Below, piece after piece: positions 8,994-17,622 of a stretch of DNA of 64,000 bases. The notes beneath the pieces are model-generated. The model saw only the letters and a list, made by a program, of their open reading frames with translations. It was not told the DNA's origin and did not search any database. Location of the stretch: assembly GCA_039940335.1 (NCBI GenBank), contig JBDVGW010000008.1. The stretch is one strand, 5' to 3'. This stretch comes from Marinomonas sp. (GTDB taxonomy: Bacteria > Pseudomonadota > Gammaproteobacteria > Pseudomonadales > Marinomonadaceae). Each line of letters begins with the position of its first letter. The stretch's first letter is position 1. The position numbers and the translations under genes were made by a program.

Positions 8994-11171
8994 TTAGCGC
9001 TGCAGAGCTTGCTTAACAATCACTCGGTGAGCATGTAATAAAGGTTCTGTGTAGCCATTTGGTTGGCTCACTCCTTTAAAGATCAAATCATGAGCGGCCT
9101 TAAATGCTTGGCTTTTTTGCCCATCGCTGATTAATGGCTGGTAGCCCTTAAGGTGACAATTCTGTTCATCCACCACTTTTGCCATACGTTCCAACGTTGA
9201 CTCCACTAAAGCGGCAGAACAAATGCTGTGATGCAACCAATTGGCAATGTGCTGGCTAGATATTCTTAGGGTTGCGCGATCTTCCATCAGCCCAACATGA
9301 TTAATGTCAGGTACTTTCGAACAGCCCACGCCCTCTTCTACCCAGCGCACCACATAGCCTAATAATCCCTGAACGTTATTATCGATTTCTTTTTGTATTA
9401 CTCTTTCTGACAACGTCAGGTTTTCTGGAATAAGTGGTAGCGTTAGTAAGTCATCAAACTTAGCTTTAGGACGTTGCTTAATACGCTCTTGCTCGGCAAA
9501 TACATCCACTTGGTGATAATGCAAAGCGTGCAAAGTGGCTGCTGTTGGGGAGGGTACCCAAGCGGTATTCGCTCCAGCTTTTGGGTGAGCTTTTTTGGCT
9601 GTCATCATAGCGGCCATTTCGTCTGGCATGGCCCACATGCCCTTACCAATTTGTGCTTTACCCTGTAAACCACACTGCAAGCCAATATCCACATTGCGAT
9701 TTTCGTATGCCTGTATCCAAGGTTGATTCTTAATTTGATCTTTTGGTAAAAAGGCTCCCGCCTGCATTCCCGTGTGAATTTCATCCCCCGTTCTGTCCAA
9801 GAAGCCTGTGTTAATGAACACCACTCGCTCTTTAGCCGCGCGTATACATTCTTTTAAATTCAACGTCGTGCGGCGCTCTTCATCCATGATGCCGATTTTC
9901 AGAGTATTCGGTGCTAGCCCCAGCATTTGTTCCACACGTGAAAACAGCTGACAGCTAAACGCTACTTCTTCTGGGCCATGCATTTTGGGTTTTACGATAT
10001 AAATGCTGCCCGTACGGCTATTGCGAATACCGTTGTCTTTCTTCAAATCCAGTGCCGCGATCAGTGCAGTAATGGCCGCATCAATGATGCCTTCCGGAGC
10101 AAAACGCCCTTGAGCGTCCTGCATTAAGTCCGACTCCATTAGGTGACCTACATTACGAACCAAGAGCAATGAGCGGCCATGTAGGCGATACTCCTGCCCG
10201 TCAAGATCCGTAAAAAGGCGATCTTTGTTTAGACGACGAGTATGGGTTTTACCGTCTTTTTCAAAGCTCGTTTGCAGGTTTCCCTGCATGAGCCCTAGCC
10301 AATTTCGGTACACTTCTACCTTGTCTTCAGCATCGACTGCGGCAATAGAGTCTTCGCAATCCATAATGGTGCTTAAGGCAGATTCGAGCAGAATGTCATT
10401 CACATTGGCTTTATCTTGGGCACCATTCTTACCGTTCGGATCCAGCTGAATTTCTACATGCAAGCCATTGTTTTTCAATAAAATAGATTCCGGAGCACTG
10501 CGCTGACCATTCACTGCCACCAACTGACAAGGCTGCTGCAAACCCGCTTTCGAACCATCGGCAAAGAAAGCCAATAGGTGGTGGTAATACACCACGTAAC
10601 TGGTCACATCCTGATGGGAGCCATTATCAAGTGGAAAAATTTCGTCCAAGAAAGCTTTGGCCTGCTGAACCACCATTTGTTCACGAGCAGCGTGATCAGC
10701 GGTGTTCGCACTTTCCACTAATTTAGGCGCCACTGCATCTGTGCCATAAAAAGCATCGTACAAGCTTCCCCAACGGGCATTGGCAGCGTTTAAAGCAAAA
10801 CGAGCATTCTTTAAAGGCACCACTAATTGAGGTCCGGCTAGGGTGGCAATTTCTGCATCCACATGCTCGGTGGTGATGGCAAAATCTTCCCCCTCTGGTA
10901 CTAGGTAACCAATTTCGCGTAAAAACTCTTGGTAGCTGGGTTGGTCGATAGGTTGCTCAGGATGGCATAAATGCCATTCATCAATCTGCGCTTGCAGGGA
11001 TTGGCGAGTCACCAAAAGCTGACGATTAATCGGCGCTAAGTCCGCCACTAGCTGCTGCAAATCCTGCCAAAATTTATCGGCATTTAAGTCATGTAGAGGC
11101 AATACTTCTTCATTGATGAAGTGGTAGAACCCTTGGTCTATTAGGTTATTTTTATGTAAGGGCATATTCAT
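8994..11171 (-). CDS. glcB: Malate synthase G
   Basis: 'NARFALNAANARWGSLYDA', 'NTGFLDRTGDEIH', 'MEDRATLRISSQ'; start moved to ATG 11171, which has an AGGA RBS. Confidence 0.96.
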   Translation of the reverse strand: MNMPLHKNNLIDQGFYHFINEEVLPLHDLNADKFWQDLQQLVADLAPINRQLLVTRQSLQAQIDEWHLCHPEQPIDQPSYQEFLREIGYLVPEGEDFAITTEHVDAEIATLAGPQLVVPLKNARFALNAANARWGSLYDAFYGTDAVAPKLVESANTADHAAREQMVVQQAKAFLDEIFPLDNGSHQDVTSYVVYYHHLLAFFADGSKAGLQQPCQLVAVNGQRSAPESILLKNNGLHVEIQLDPNGKNGAQDKANVNDILLESALSTIMDCEDSIAAVDAEDKVEVYRNWLGLMQGNLQTSFEKDGKTHTRRLNKDRLFTDLDGQEYRLHGRSLLLVRNVGHLMESDLMQDAQGRFAPEGIIDAAITALIAALDLKKDNGIRNSRTGSIYIVKPKMHGPEEVAFSCQLFSRVEQMLGLAPNTLKIGIMDEERRTTLNLKECIRAAKERVVFINTGFLDRTGDEIHTGMQAGAFLPKDQIKNQPWIQAYENRNVDIGLQCGLQGKAQIGKGMWAMPDEMAAMMTAKKAHPKAGANTAWVPSPTAATLHALHYHQVDVFAEQERIKQRPKAKFDDLLTLPLIPENLTLSERVIQKEIDNNVQGLLGYVVRWVEEGVGCSKVPDINHVGLMEDRATLRISSQHIANWLHHSICSAALVESTLERMAKVVDEQNCHLKGYQPLISDGQKSQAFKAAHDLIFKGVSQPNGYTEPLLHAHRVIVKQALQR

Positions 11172-11260
11172 CGCATAGATCCTTTTCAAACATTGATACG
11201 GTCAAAGCAAAATTAAAAGCACTCTGTGTTGCTTGATTTTTAGTCTATGACAAACTAGAT

Positions 11261-11300
11261 TGAAATTTCACAATAAGAATTACACAGTGTAAATTTTACA
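11261..11300. promoter_or_regulatory. Cluster of palindromes in the glcB/regulator divergent region (candidate operators)
   Basis: tgaaatttca (11261-11270), ttacac-a-gtgtaa (11280-11292), tgtaaa-t-tttaca (11288-11300). Confidence 0.5.
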
Positions 11301-11303
11301 AAA

Positions 11304-12827
11304 ATGAAAAATAAAAATAGTTTAATTCGCAAAGCCCATTTCCTTGGCACCAAGATACGCAACCTGCGTAAACGCAACCATTTGACCATGGAAGACCTGT
11401 CCGCTCGCTGCATCAAAGTCGACCCAGAATGCGCCCCTTCAGTGTCATACTTATCCATGATAGAGAGGGGAAAGCGTGTCCCCAGTGAAGAGGTATTAGA
11501 AGTGATTGCCAGTGTCTTTCAAAAAGACCTCGACTGGTTTTTAGACGATATTCCAGAAGAGGAGGCCATCAAGCCATCGAAAGGTTCTGGAGGGGGTATC
11601 AACGGCATGGCGCTAGAACCCAATTTTCTGTTTTCTAACGACATATTACAAATCGCCATTCCTGAAATGCTGTCTCAAACTGGCACCAGTGGCCGTCAAT
11701 TTGCCCACCTTTTGATTCGTGCACACCAAGAACATCATCAAAACCATTTCCCGGATTTAGAAAGAGCCGCCGAGGATGTTGGGCAAAAGCGTTTGCCGCT
11801 AAGTTTGGAAGAAATCATTGCCTTAACTCAACACCATGGCTTAACCATCAAGTGGTTTCGTAAAACGCCACAAAGCATACGTGACAGCATGGGAATTGAT
11901 GATTCACAGGTTGTCACATCCTTTTTTGAGCCCCCCAACAGCCTTTACATCAACCAAATAATGAAGTCTCAGCCTGTGCGATTAAAGTACAACTTAGCGG
12001 TACATATCGGTCACTGTGTCCTACATGACAAGGACACAATGCGTAATGTATTGGTGACAGGTCGTGATGAAATATCGCCCTTACAAGAGCAAAATTTGTT
12101 ACCTCAAGGTACAGGTATGGACGCCCAAGATGTGTTGCGGGCGTGGCGAGATTTTGAGTGTAGCTTCTTTGCAGGCGCCCTACTTTGCCCAAAAGTGCCC
12201 TTTCGACAAATGCTTGATCGTAACGGCTATGAGATCAACACTGCGAAACTGGCAGGGGTATCAGCTTCAGTCGCCATGCGCCGTATGACCGCAGTATCAC
12301 CCTACCCCCATTGGCATTACTTTGATGCTTACGCTCCGGGCAAGCTCAAGGCGGTGTACCGTGGCAACGGTATTCCGTTGCCTTGGGGGAATATGCGCAT
12401 GGTGGAAGACCCTTGCCAGCACTGGGCTGTCTTTCGAATGATTAATGCTCCCCTTACTGGCACATCGTCGCAAATTTCGATTTTGAATGTTGGTGACGAA
12501 CCAAGAATTTACGCATGTGAATCCATCAAGGTGGCAGATTTAGCCGACAACAGCCATGTTTTGTGCTCTGGCATTGATCTTAACCCGGCCATTGAAGCCC
12601 AAGGCAAAAGCGCACAAGAGATTGCTCAGCAATTAAAACAGGCCTGTGTTGGGAACGGTGGCTCAGCCCCCATCCCAAAAGCCATAAAGAAAGACCTTAT
12701 GAGTGTGGCAAAGATTCTCAACATTAATTGGGTGGAAAGAGGAATAGAAAACGATGCTAGAACCATATGCTCTCGTGGAGCGGTTTGTCCACGTACACCG
12801 AGTTGCTATCGCCCCTGCTATCCCTAA
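11304..12827 (+). CDS. XRE-HTH + IrrE-like domain regulator, RamB/ScfR-like (DUF3612-type)
   Basis: N-terminal XRE HTH 'LGTKIRNLRKRNHLT…SYLSMIERGKRVPS'; 'ECSFFAGALLCP'; divergent from glcB-aceA. Confidence 0.8.
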   Translation: MKNKNSLIRKAHFLGTKIRNLRKRNHLTMEDLSARCIKVDPECAPSVSYLSMIERGKRVPSEEVLEVIASVFQKDLDWFLDDIPEEEAIKPSKGSGGGINGMALEPNFLFSNDILQIAIPEMLSQTGTSGRQFAHLLIRAHQEHHQNHFPDLERAAEDVGQKRLPLSLEEIIALTQHHGLTIKWFRKTPQSIRDSMGIDDSQVVTSFFEPPNSLYINQIMKSQPVRLKYNLAVHIGHCVLHDKDTMRNVLVTGRDEISPLQEQNLLPQGTGMDAQDVLRAWRDFECSFFAGALLCPKVPFRQMLDRNGYEINTAKLAGVSASVAMRRMTAVSPYPHWHYFDAYAPGKLKAVYRGNGIPLPWGNMRMVEDPCQHWAVFRMINAPLTGTSSQISILNVGDEPRIYACESIKVADLADNSHVLCSGIDLNPAIEAQGKSAQEIAQQLKQACVGNGGSAPIPKAIKKDLMSVAKILNINWVERGIENDARTICSRGAVCPRTPSCYRPCYP

Positions 12828-12853
12828 GGGGCAAGGGCGAAGCTCTGAAGCGG

Positions 12854-12973
12854 TTAAGGAACTAAGTGATGACCGCCATGATTACGGTGTCCGTGAGGCC
12901 CTGCACAGGCGGTCACCCTGACCAAAATGCTCGCCATAAGAACAGCGCCAAGAATGCGTTTAGCTCGTTTCAT
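12854..12973 (-). CDS. Putative 39-aa His-rich lipoprotein precursor (below the ORF-track cut-off)
   Basis: GGAGG 6 nt before ATG; MKRAKRILGAVLMASILVRVTA-CAGPHGHRNHGGHHLVP*; basic N-terminus, hydrophobic core, VTAC lipobox. Confidence 0.6.
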   Translation of the reverse strand: MKRAKRILGAVLMASILVRVTACAGPHGHRNHGGHHLVP

Positions 12974-13060
12974 AAAACACCTCCAATAAAGGTATTATGA
13001 TAAAAAATACGCCTTCCTAGCGCAAAGCAGCTTACCTAGTTTTACACTTAGTGAAATTGC

Positions 13061-13651
13061 TTATTCACGAAAAGTAAAAAGTAAAATGTCTTTCATTTTA
13101 CGCTCTACTTCGACGTCGGCGCTGTCAAAATCTGCTTTACTTAATTGCGGCAAGAATGGCTGCACAGCACGAAGTTTTTTAATGGCTTGAGGGTCAGCCG
13201 TCATCACAATGGCGGCATAATTAAAGGCGTCGTAATAGGCAAAGGCTTGCTCTTCAAGGGCTTGTAAATAGGACTCTAACGTTTCTTCACCAAAGACTTG
13301 TTTGATCGCGGTTACTGCACCATACACAGCCACACCTTCGCTTAGCACATTACTTTTAGGGGTATCAAAGCCCATAGGATACAAGCCACGTACCATTTCT
13401 TGAATAACGTCCGCTAGCAACATAACATCATTGGAAAAACTGCGCGCGGGGATCTGTAAGCGGTAGTGATAGGGTTGTTCTTTACTGGTAAACACGACCT
13501 CTGGCTTGGCGATATCTTGATTGACTTCAAAACCACCAAACTCTGCTTGTGGCGCAGGCTCACCGAACAAAAAAGTCACCGCAGGTAACCAAGCTTCGCG
13601 CAGCTTTTCAAGTTTTGCTATCTGTATTGCTTGCAGATCAGACACAGGCAT
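13061..13651 (-). CDS. Hypothetical protein with degenerate zincin-like motifs
   Basis: AAGGA RBS; 'LADVIQEMVRGLYP…NVLSEGVAVY'. Confidence 0.7.
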   Translation of the reverse strand: MPVSDLQAIQIAKLEKLREAWLPAVTFLFGEPAPQAEFGGFEVNQDIAKPEVVFTSKEQPYHYRLQIPARSFSNDVMLLADVIQEMVRGLYPMGFDTPKSNVLSEGVAVYGAVTAIKQVFGEETLESYLQALEEQAFAYYDAFNYAAIVMTADPQAIKKLRAVQPFLPQLSKADFDSADVEVERKMKDILLFTFRE

Positions 13652-13745
13652 ATCCTTCTAAAATCAGTTACAAAGCTATTAGGCTGGGCAACAAGCTTGC
13701 ACATGCCTATAAACGGCGCAAACCTTAGCATATTTGAGGATATTG

Positions 13746-13761
13746 AGCAGTAGTAGTGCCA
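13746..13761 (-). promoter_or_regulatory. Candidate sigma-54 (-24/-12) promoter for the 13061-13651 gene
   Basis: Minus strand TGGCAC-TACTA-CTGCT, with GG-N10-GC spacing intact. Confidence 0.35.
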
Positions 13762-13772
13762 TCCCTAATACT

Positions 13773-13821
13773 AAAAAACCCACCTTCATTGACCTAAATC
13801 CGAGTCAATGAAGGTGGGTTT
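13773..13821 (-). terminator. Terminator of the TRAP/amidase operon
   Basis: Perfect 18-bp stem aaacccaccttcattgac / gtcaatgaaggtgggttt, U-tract on the minus strand. Confidence 0.8.
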
Positions 13822-13850
13822 GAGTAACTAAGCACTTAACTCTGTTTACT

Positions 13851-15113
13851 CTAGGCTAACGCTTTCTCCACTAACTTTGCCGCTGCTAGCAGCGCTTCAT
13901 CACTACCATTAGCGCCTGTTAACATCACGCCAATATGGTGTTCCTGATGCTCAAAAGGCAATGAGACGCTGCAAGCGTCTAACACATTGGCAAGGGTGGT
14001 ATTACGTAAACACAACAAATTAATACGGTCGTAATCCTCATCCTTGGTTAGATCCGAAAGCTTAGGAGGTAATATCGCCACAGTCGGCAAAAGCAGCTGA
14101 ACACCAGATTCTTCCTGCTGATAACGCTCAATTAACGTTTGGCGTTGCTGACAAGTTTGAGCAAAAGTTTGCTCATCTAGGCTATCCGCCCGTCGCAGTC
14201 TTGAAGCCACTCTAGGGTCTAACTGAGCTAAATCCAAAGCAAATGTTTGCTGATAAAACTCACGCGCTTCAAAAGCCGAAAACTGCCATACAGGAAGGGC
14301 TTTATAAGCTTCCAACAAACTTACCGGACGCTCTTCCACTACCACTCCTGGTATTTGGCGTAATATTGCAAGCGCGGCACGAAAACCTTCTTCAACCGCT
14401 GTATCTAGGTTGTCCAAACCAAAATTGGTCGGCACCACAAAGTGTGCTTGCTGAGCGGCCGCAGCCGTTTTCTCTGTACCAGATAAAACCTGCCAAGCCG
14501 CTTCACAGTCCGCCACGCTTTTCGCAATGGGGCCGATACTGTCGAGTGTGGTCGAAAGAGGGAGCGCCCCTTCAGTAGAGACACTTTGCTGAGACGGTTT
14601 AAAACCGGTCAACCCGCAAAACGCCGCAGGGATTCGCAACGAGCCACCCGTATCACTACCAAGCGCAATATCGGCTATACCGAGTGCCACAGACACAGCG
14701 CCACCACTGGTGGAACCGCCCGCAATACAACCTGGGTACAACGGACTTTGTGGTGTACCATAATGAGGGTTCATACCCAAACCAGAATAAGCCAACTCAG
14801 TCATGTTAGTATGACCTAGTAAGTAAGCGCCCGCTTCGCGTAAAAGCCTTACCGATTCGGCATCTTCTTTGGCTGGTGTATTATCCTTTAAAAAGACCGA
14901 ACCTGCTCGGGTCACATACCCTTGAACATCAAACAGGTCTTTAATAGTCACAATGGCCTTGCTCAATACACCATCAGAAATAGCACTCATATCTTGCCCA
15001 GCAAAACGCTGGGTTAAAATGACATCATCATTTTTGTCCAGCAACTCTTGGCTCTGGGTGAGCTGTTGCTCAAAATTCCTATCCTGCCAAGCTAATTCAG
15101 GGTGGCGCGACAT
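13851..15113 (-). CDS. Amidase-signature (AS) family amidase
   Basis: Lys-cisSer-Ser triad motifs 'TIKDLFDV', 'GGSTSGGA', 'GSDTGGSLRIPAAFCG'; start moved to ATG 15113 (AGGAG RBS). Confidence 0.9.
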   Translation of the reverse strand: MSRHPELAWQDRNFEQQLTQSQELLDKNDDVILTQRFAGQDMSAISDGVLSKAIVTIKDLFDVQGYVTRAGSVFLKDNTPAKEDAESVRLLREAGAYLLGHTNMTELAYSGLGMNPHYGTPQSPLYPGCIAGGSTSGGAVSVALGIADIALGSDTGGSLRIPAAFCGLTGFKPSQQSVSTEGALPLSTTLDSIGPIAKSVADCEAAWQVLSGTEKTAAAAQQAHFVVPTNFGLDNLDTAVEEGFRAALAILRQIPGVVVEERPVSLLEAYKALPVWQFSAFEAREFYQQTFALDLAQLDPRVASRLRRADSLDEQTFAQTCQQRQTLIERYQQEESGVQLLLPTVAILPPKLSDLTKDEDYDRINLLCLRNTTLANVLDACSVSLPFEHQEHHIGVMLTGANGSDEALLAAAKLVEKALA

Positions 15114-15138
15114 TCTTACACTCCTGTCCAAAAATCCA

Positions 15139-15792
15139 TTATTTAACCGCAGGTAACTCACGAGTTTGGTAGTCGGCTTGTATGCTTCGATTTAGCACAG
15201 GATCATGCAGAGCCATGCGGAATTTTGGCGTGTTGCGCACCCCACCAATGGCCGCAAAGGTGCCACACAACATAGCACTACCATTGTCTAATTTGGCTTT
15301 TTCAATAAGTTCGTTAAGAGGGCGAATAGCGGCCAATTTACCGCTCTGATAAAGTGTCCAACCTTCCCCTTCATCTACCCAAGATTGCATCTCAATCTGA
15401 TCTAAGTGGCCTTCTACCTCTGCCAAAGGCCATAACTGCGTTGCCACAGGCTTTGGACAAACCTGCTTTGAAAAGGCGACAGAATGAGCTTCCAATTCAC
15501 GGTCCGTATGATCCGAACCTAGCCCTAACCAAAAGCTGTCTTCTGCTTTAATGATCAAGGGTTCAACCTCACCAGAGGAATCACCACCAACCACTTCAAC
15601 CATAGGTTGCTGAGTCAGCAACAAGTTCGAAGCGCGGTAATATAAGGGCACAGTAGAAGGTGGAGCCACACCCAACTCGGCCAGCTCATCAATATGCTCT
15701 TGTACTGCATGCTGATCTCGTGCCGTCCAACCTGCGACTACAAGGTGATTGATTAAAAATTCTTTTGCTACACCATTAATTGTAAAAAGCAT
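15139..15792 (-). CDS. DUF2848-family protein (FAH-like fold)
   Basis: 'AGWTARD…HIDELAELGV', 'SSGEVEP', 'LGSDHTDRELE', 'FSKQVCPKP'. Confidence 0.8.
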   Translation of the reverse strand: MLFTINGVAKEFLINHLVVAGWTARDQHAVQEHIDELAELGVAPPSTVPLYYRASNLLLTQQPMVEVVGGDSSGEVEPLIIKAEDSFWLGLGSDHTDRELEAHSVAFSKQVCPKPVATQLWPLAEVEGHLDQIEMQSWVDEGEGWTLYQSGKLAAIRPLNELIEKAKLDNGSAMLCGTFAAIGGVRNTPKFRMALHDPVLNRSIQADYQTRELPAVK

Positions 15793-15800
15793 ACTCTTCC

Positions 15801-17081
15801 TTAAAAATTATCAGGTAAATACAAGGCTAAATTTGGAAAGGCGATCAATAGGAACACCATCAATAACATGATCAAAACATAAGGAATACTGCCGAGAATA
15901 ACGTCCATCATGTTGCCATTCTTACGGGCGGAGTTCACCACATAAAGATTGAGCCCGACCGGTGGTGTGATCAGTGCCATTTCCACCAAGATGATCATCA
16001 AAATACCAAACCAAATCGTGTCGTAGCCCATTTGTGCAATGATCGGCACCACAATCGGAATGGTGGCCACCATCAAGGATAAGGTTTCAATAAAGAAGCC
16101 CAATACTATGTAAGTTAGGATGATCACCAACAAGGTAGCCGTAGCACTCAGGCCAAGCCCTTGTAATAAATCCTGCAGGGCTCTGCCCACACCCGCTGCG
16201 GTAAGTGCAAAGTTCAAGACATAAGCACCAATTACCACCAGCATGATCATTGCGGTGATTTTGACCGTACCTATCAGGCTACTAATGAGCATTTCTTTCG
16301 ACAGAGCTTGATAAGCCAGTGCGATGATTAAAGAGATCAATACCCCAATCGCCGCGGCCTCAGTCGGGGTTGCCCAACCCATGTAGATCGAACCCACCAC
16401 ACTGATAAATAGAAATAAAATCGGCGTTAAGGATTTCAGCGCGATGATTTTTTCACGCCAACTACTGTGCTGCTTTGGCCCCCCTAATTTCGGGTAAACA
16501 ACACACAACACTATGGTGGCTAACATAAACAATAGAGCCATCATGATGCCCGGCACAATACCCGCTAAAAACAGCTTAGGTATGGAGCTTTCGGTCAAAA
16601 AACCGTAGACAATCAAGTTGATTGAAGGGGGAATCAAAATACCCAGTGTGCCGCCTGCCGCAATGGAACCGGTGAATAATCTAGGGTCATAGCCAAGCTT
16701 CTCTGCTTGCGGAGTTGCCACGGTAGCGACCGTTGCAGCCGTCGCGACTGACGAGCCTGAGGTAGCTGAAAACATCGTCGCTGTGGCGATATTGGCATGA
16801 ATCAAGCCACCCGGCAGCCAAGATACCCAAGCATTCAACGCGCTGTAAGTACGCTGTGCTACGCCACTGCGCAGTAAAATTTCGCCGATCAAGACAAAAA
16901 ATGGCACCGCGATCAAAGTCGGATTATTAGACGATGACCAAACCACCTGCCCCAAACCTCGCATCAGAGGAAAAGGACTAAAAAAACTATCAACGCCAAA
17001 GGCCAATAGAAACAACACTATGCCAACAGGGATGGATAACGCTAGTAAGCCAAGCAGTCCCATTGAAGTAAATAAGATCAT
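15801..17081 (-). CDS. dctM: TRAP transporter large permease
   Basis: 'AVPFFVLIGEIL', 'SGSSVATAAT', 'GGTLGILIPPSI', 'ITPPVGLNL'; real start ATG 17081 overlaps the dctQ stop (ATGA). Confidence 0.92.
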   Translation of the reverse strand: MILFTSMGLLGLLALSIPVGIVLFLLAFGVDSFFSPFPLMRGLGQVVWSSSNNPTLIAVPFFVLIGEILLRSGVAQRTYSALNAWVSWLPGGLIHANIATATMFSATSGSSVATAATVATVATPQAEKLGYDPRLFTGSIAAGGTLGILIPPSINLIVYGFLTESSIPKLFLAGIVPGIMMALLFMLATIVLCVVYPKLGGPKQHSSWREKIIALKSLTPILFLFISVVGSIYMGWATPTEAAAIGVLISLIIALAYQALSKEMLISSLIGTVKITAMIMLVVIGAYVLNFALTAAGVGRALQDLLQGLGLSATATLLVIILTYIVLGFFIETLSLMVATIPIVVPIIAQMGYDTIWFGILMIILVEMALITPPVGLNLYVVNSARKNGNMMDVILGSIPYVLIMLLMVFLLIAFPNLALYLPDNF

Positions 17082-17611
17082 TGCTCGTCTCCTGTACCTA
17101 TGGTTTCGTCCACTATCTGATGACGACCCTGTAACACTAATAACACTGAGAGGATCAATAACACAGAGGACGATAGGGCGAACCAAATCCAACCTGCGAA
17201 CCAAATACTTTGCGGAATATACAAAGGAACCTCTAACGCGGTATTGGATAAAGCCCCACTCTTAAGAGTTTTAGTCAATACCGGCCAAGCTCGATACGCT
17301 ACATAAATTGCCACATAAGAAAGCGACGCAAGGGCAATTAAGTCATATAGGGAGCGCATTTTATCGCCACCTTTTTGACGCAGTAAATCAATGCGTACAT
17401 GAGCTTTAGCCGTTAAAGCAAAACAGACACCCCAGCTGGTCACTGCGGCCATTACATACCCAGAAATTTCTTCGGAGCCACTAAAGGCGACACCAAACTC
17501 TCTCAATACGATATCTACAAGAATGATGGTAATGCAGGCTAGCAAAGCTAGACCTGCAGTGACCGCCACTCCATTATTTATTCTTTTCAGAATAGAAATA
17601 ATGCGAGTCAT
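17078..17611 (-). CDS. dctQ: TRAP transporter small permease
   Basis: Four TM segments; 'SEEISGY', 'AHVRIDLL'. Confidence 0.88.
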   Translation of the reverse strand: MTRIISILKRINNGVAVTAGLALLACITIILVDIVLREFGVAFSGSEEISGYVMAAVTSWGVCFALTAKAHVRIDLLRQKGGDKMRSLYDLIALASLSYVAIYVAYRAWPVLTKTLKSGALSNTALEVPLYIPQSIWFAGWIWFALSSSVLLILSVLLVLQGRHQIVDETIGTGDEQ

Positions 17612-17622
17612 TTGAATTAGCC

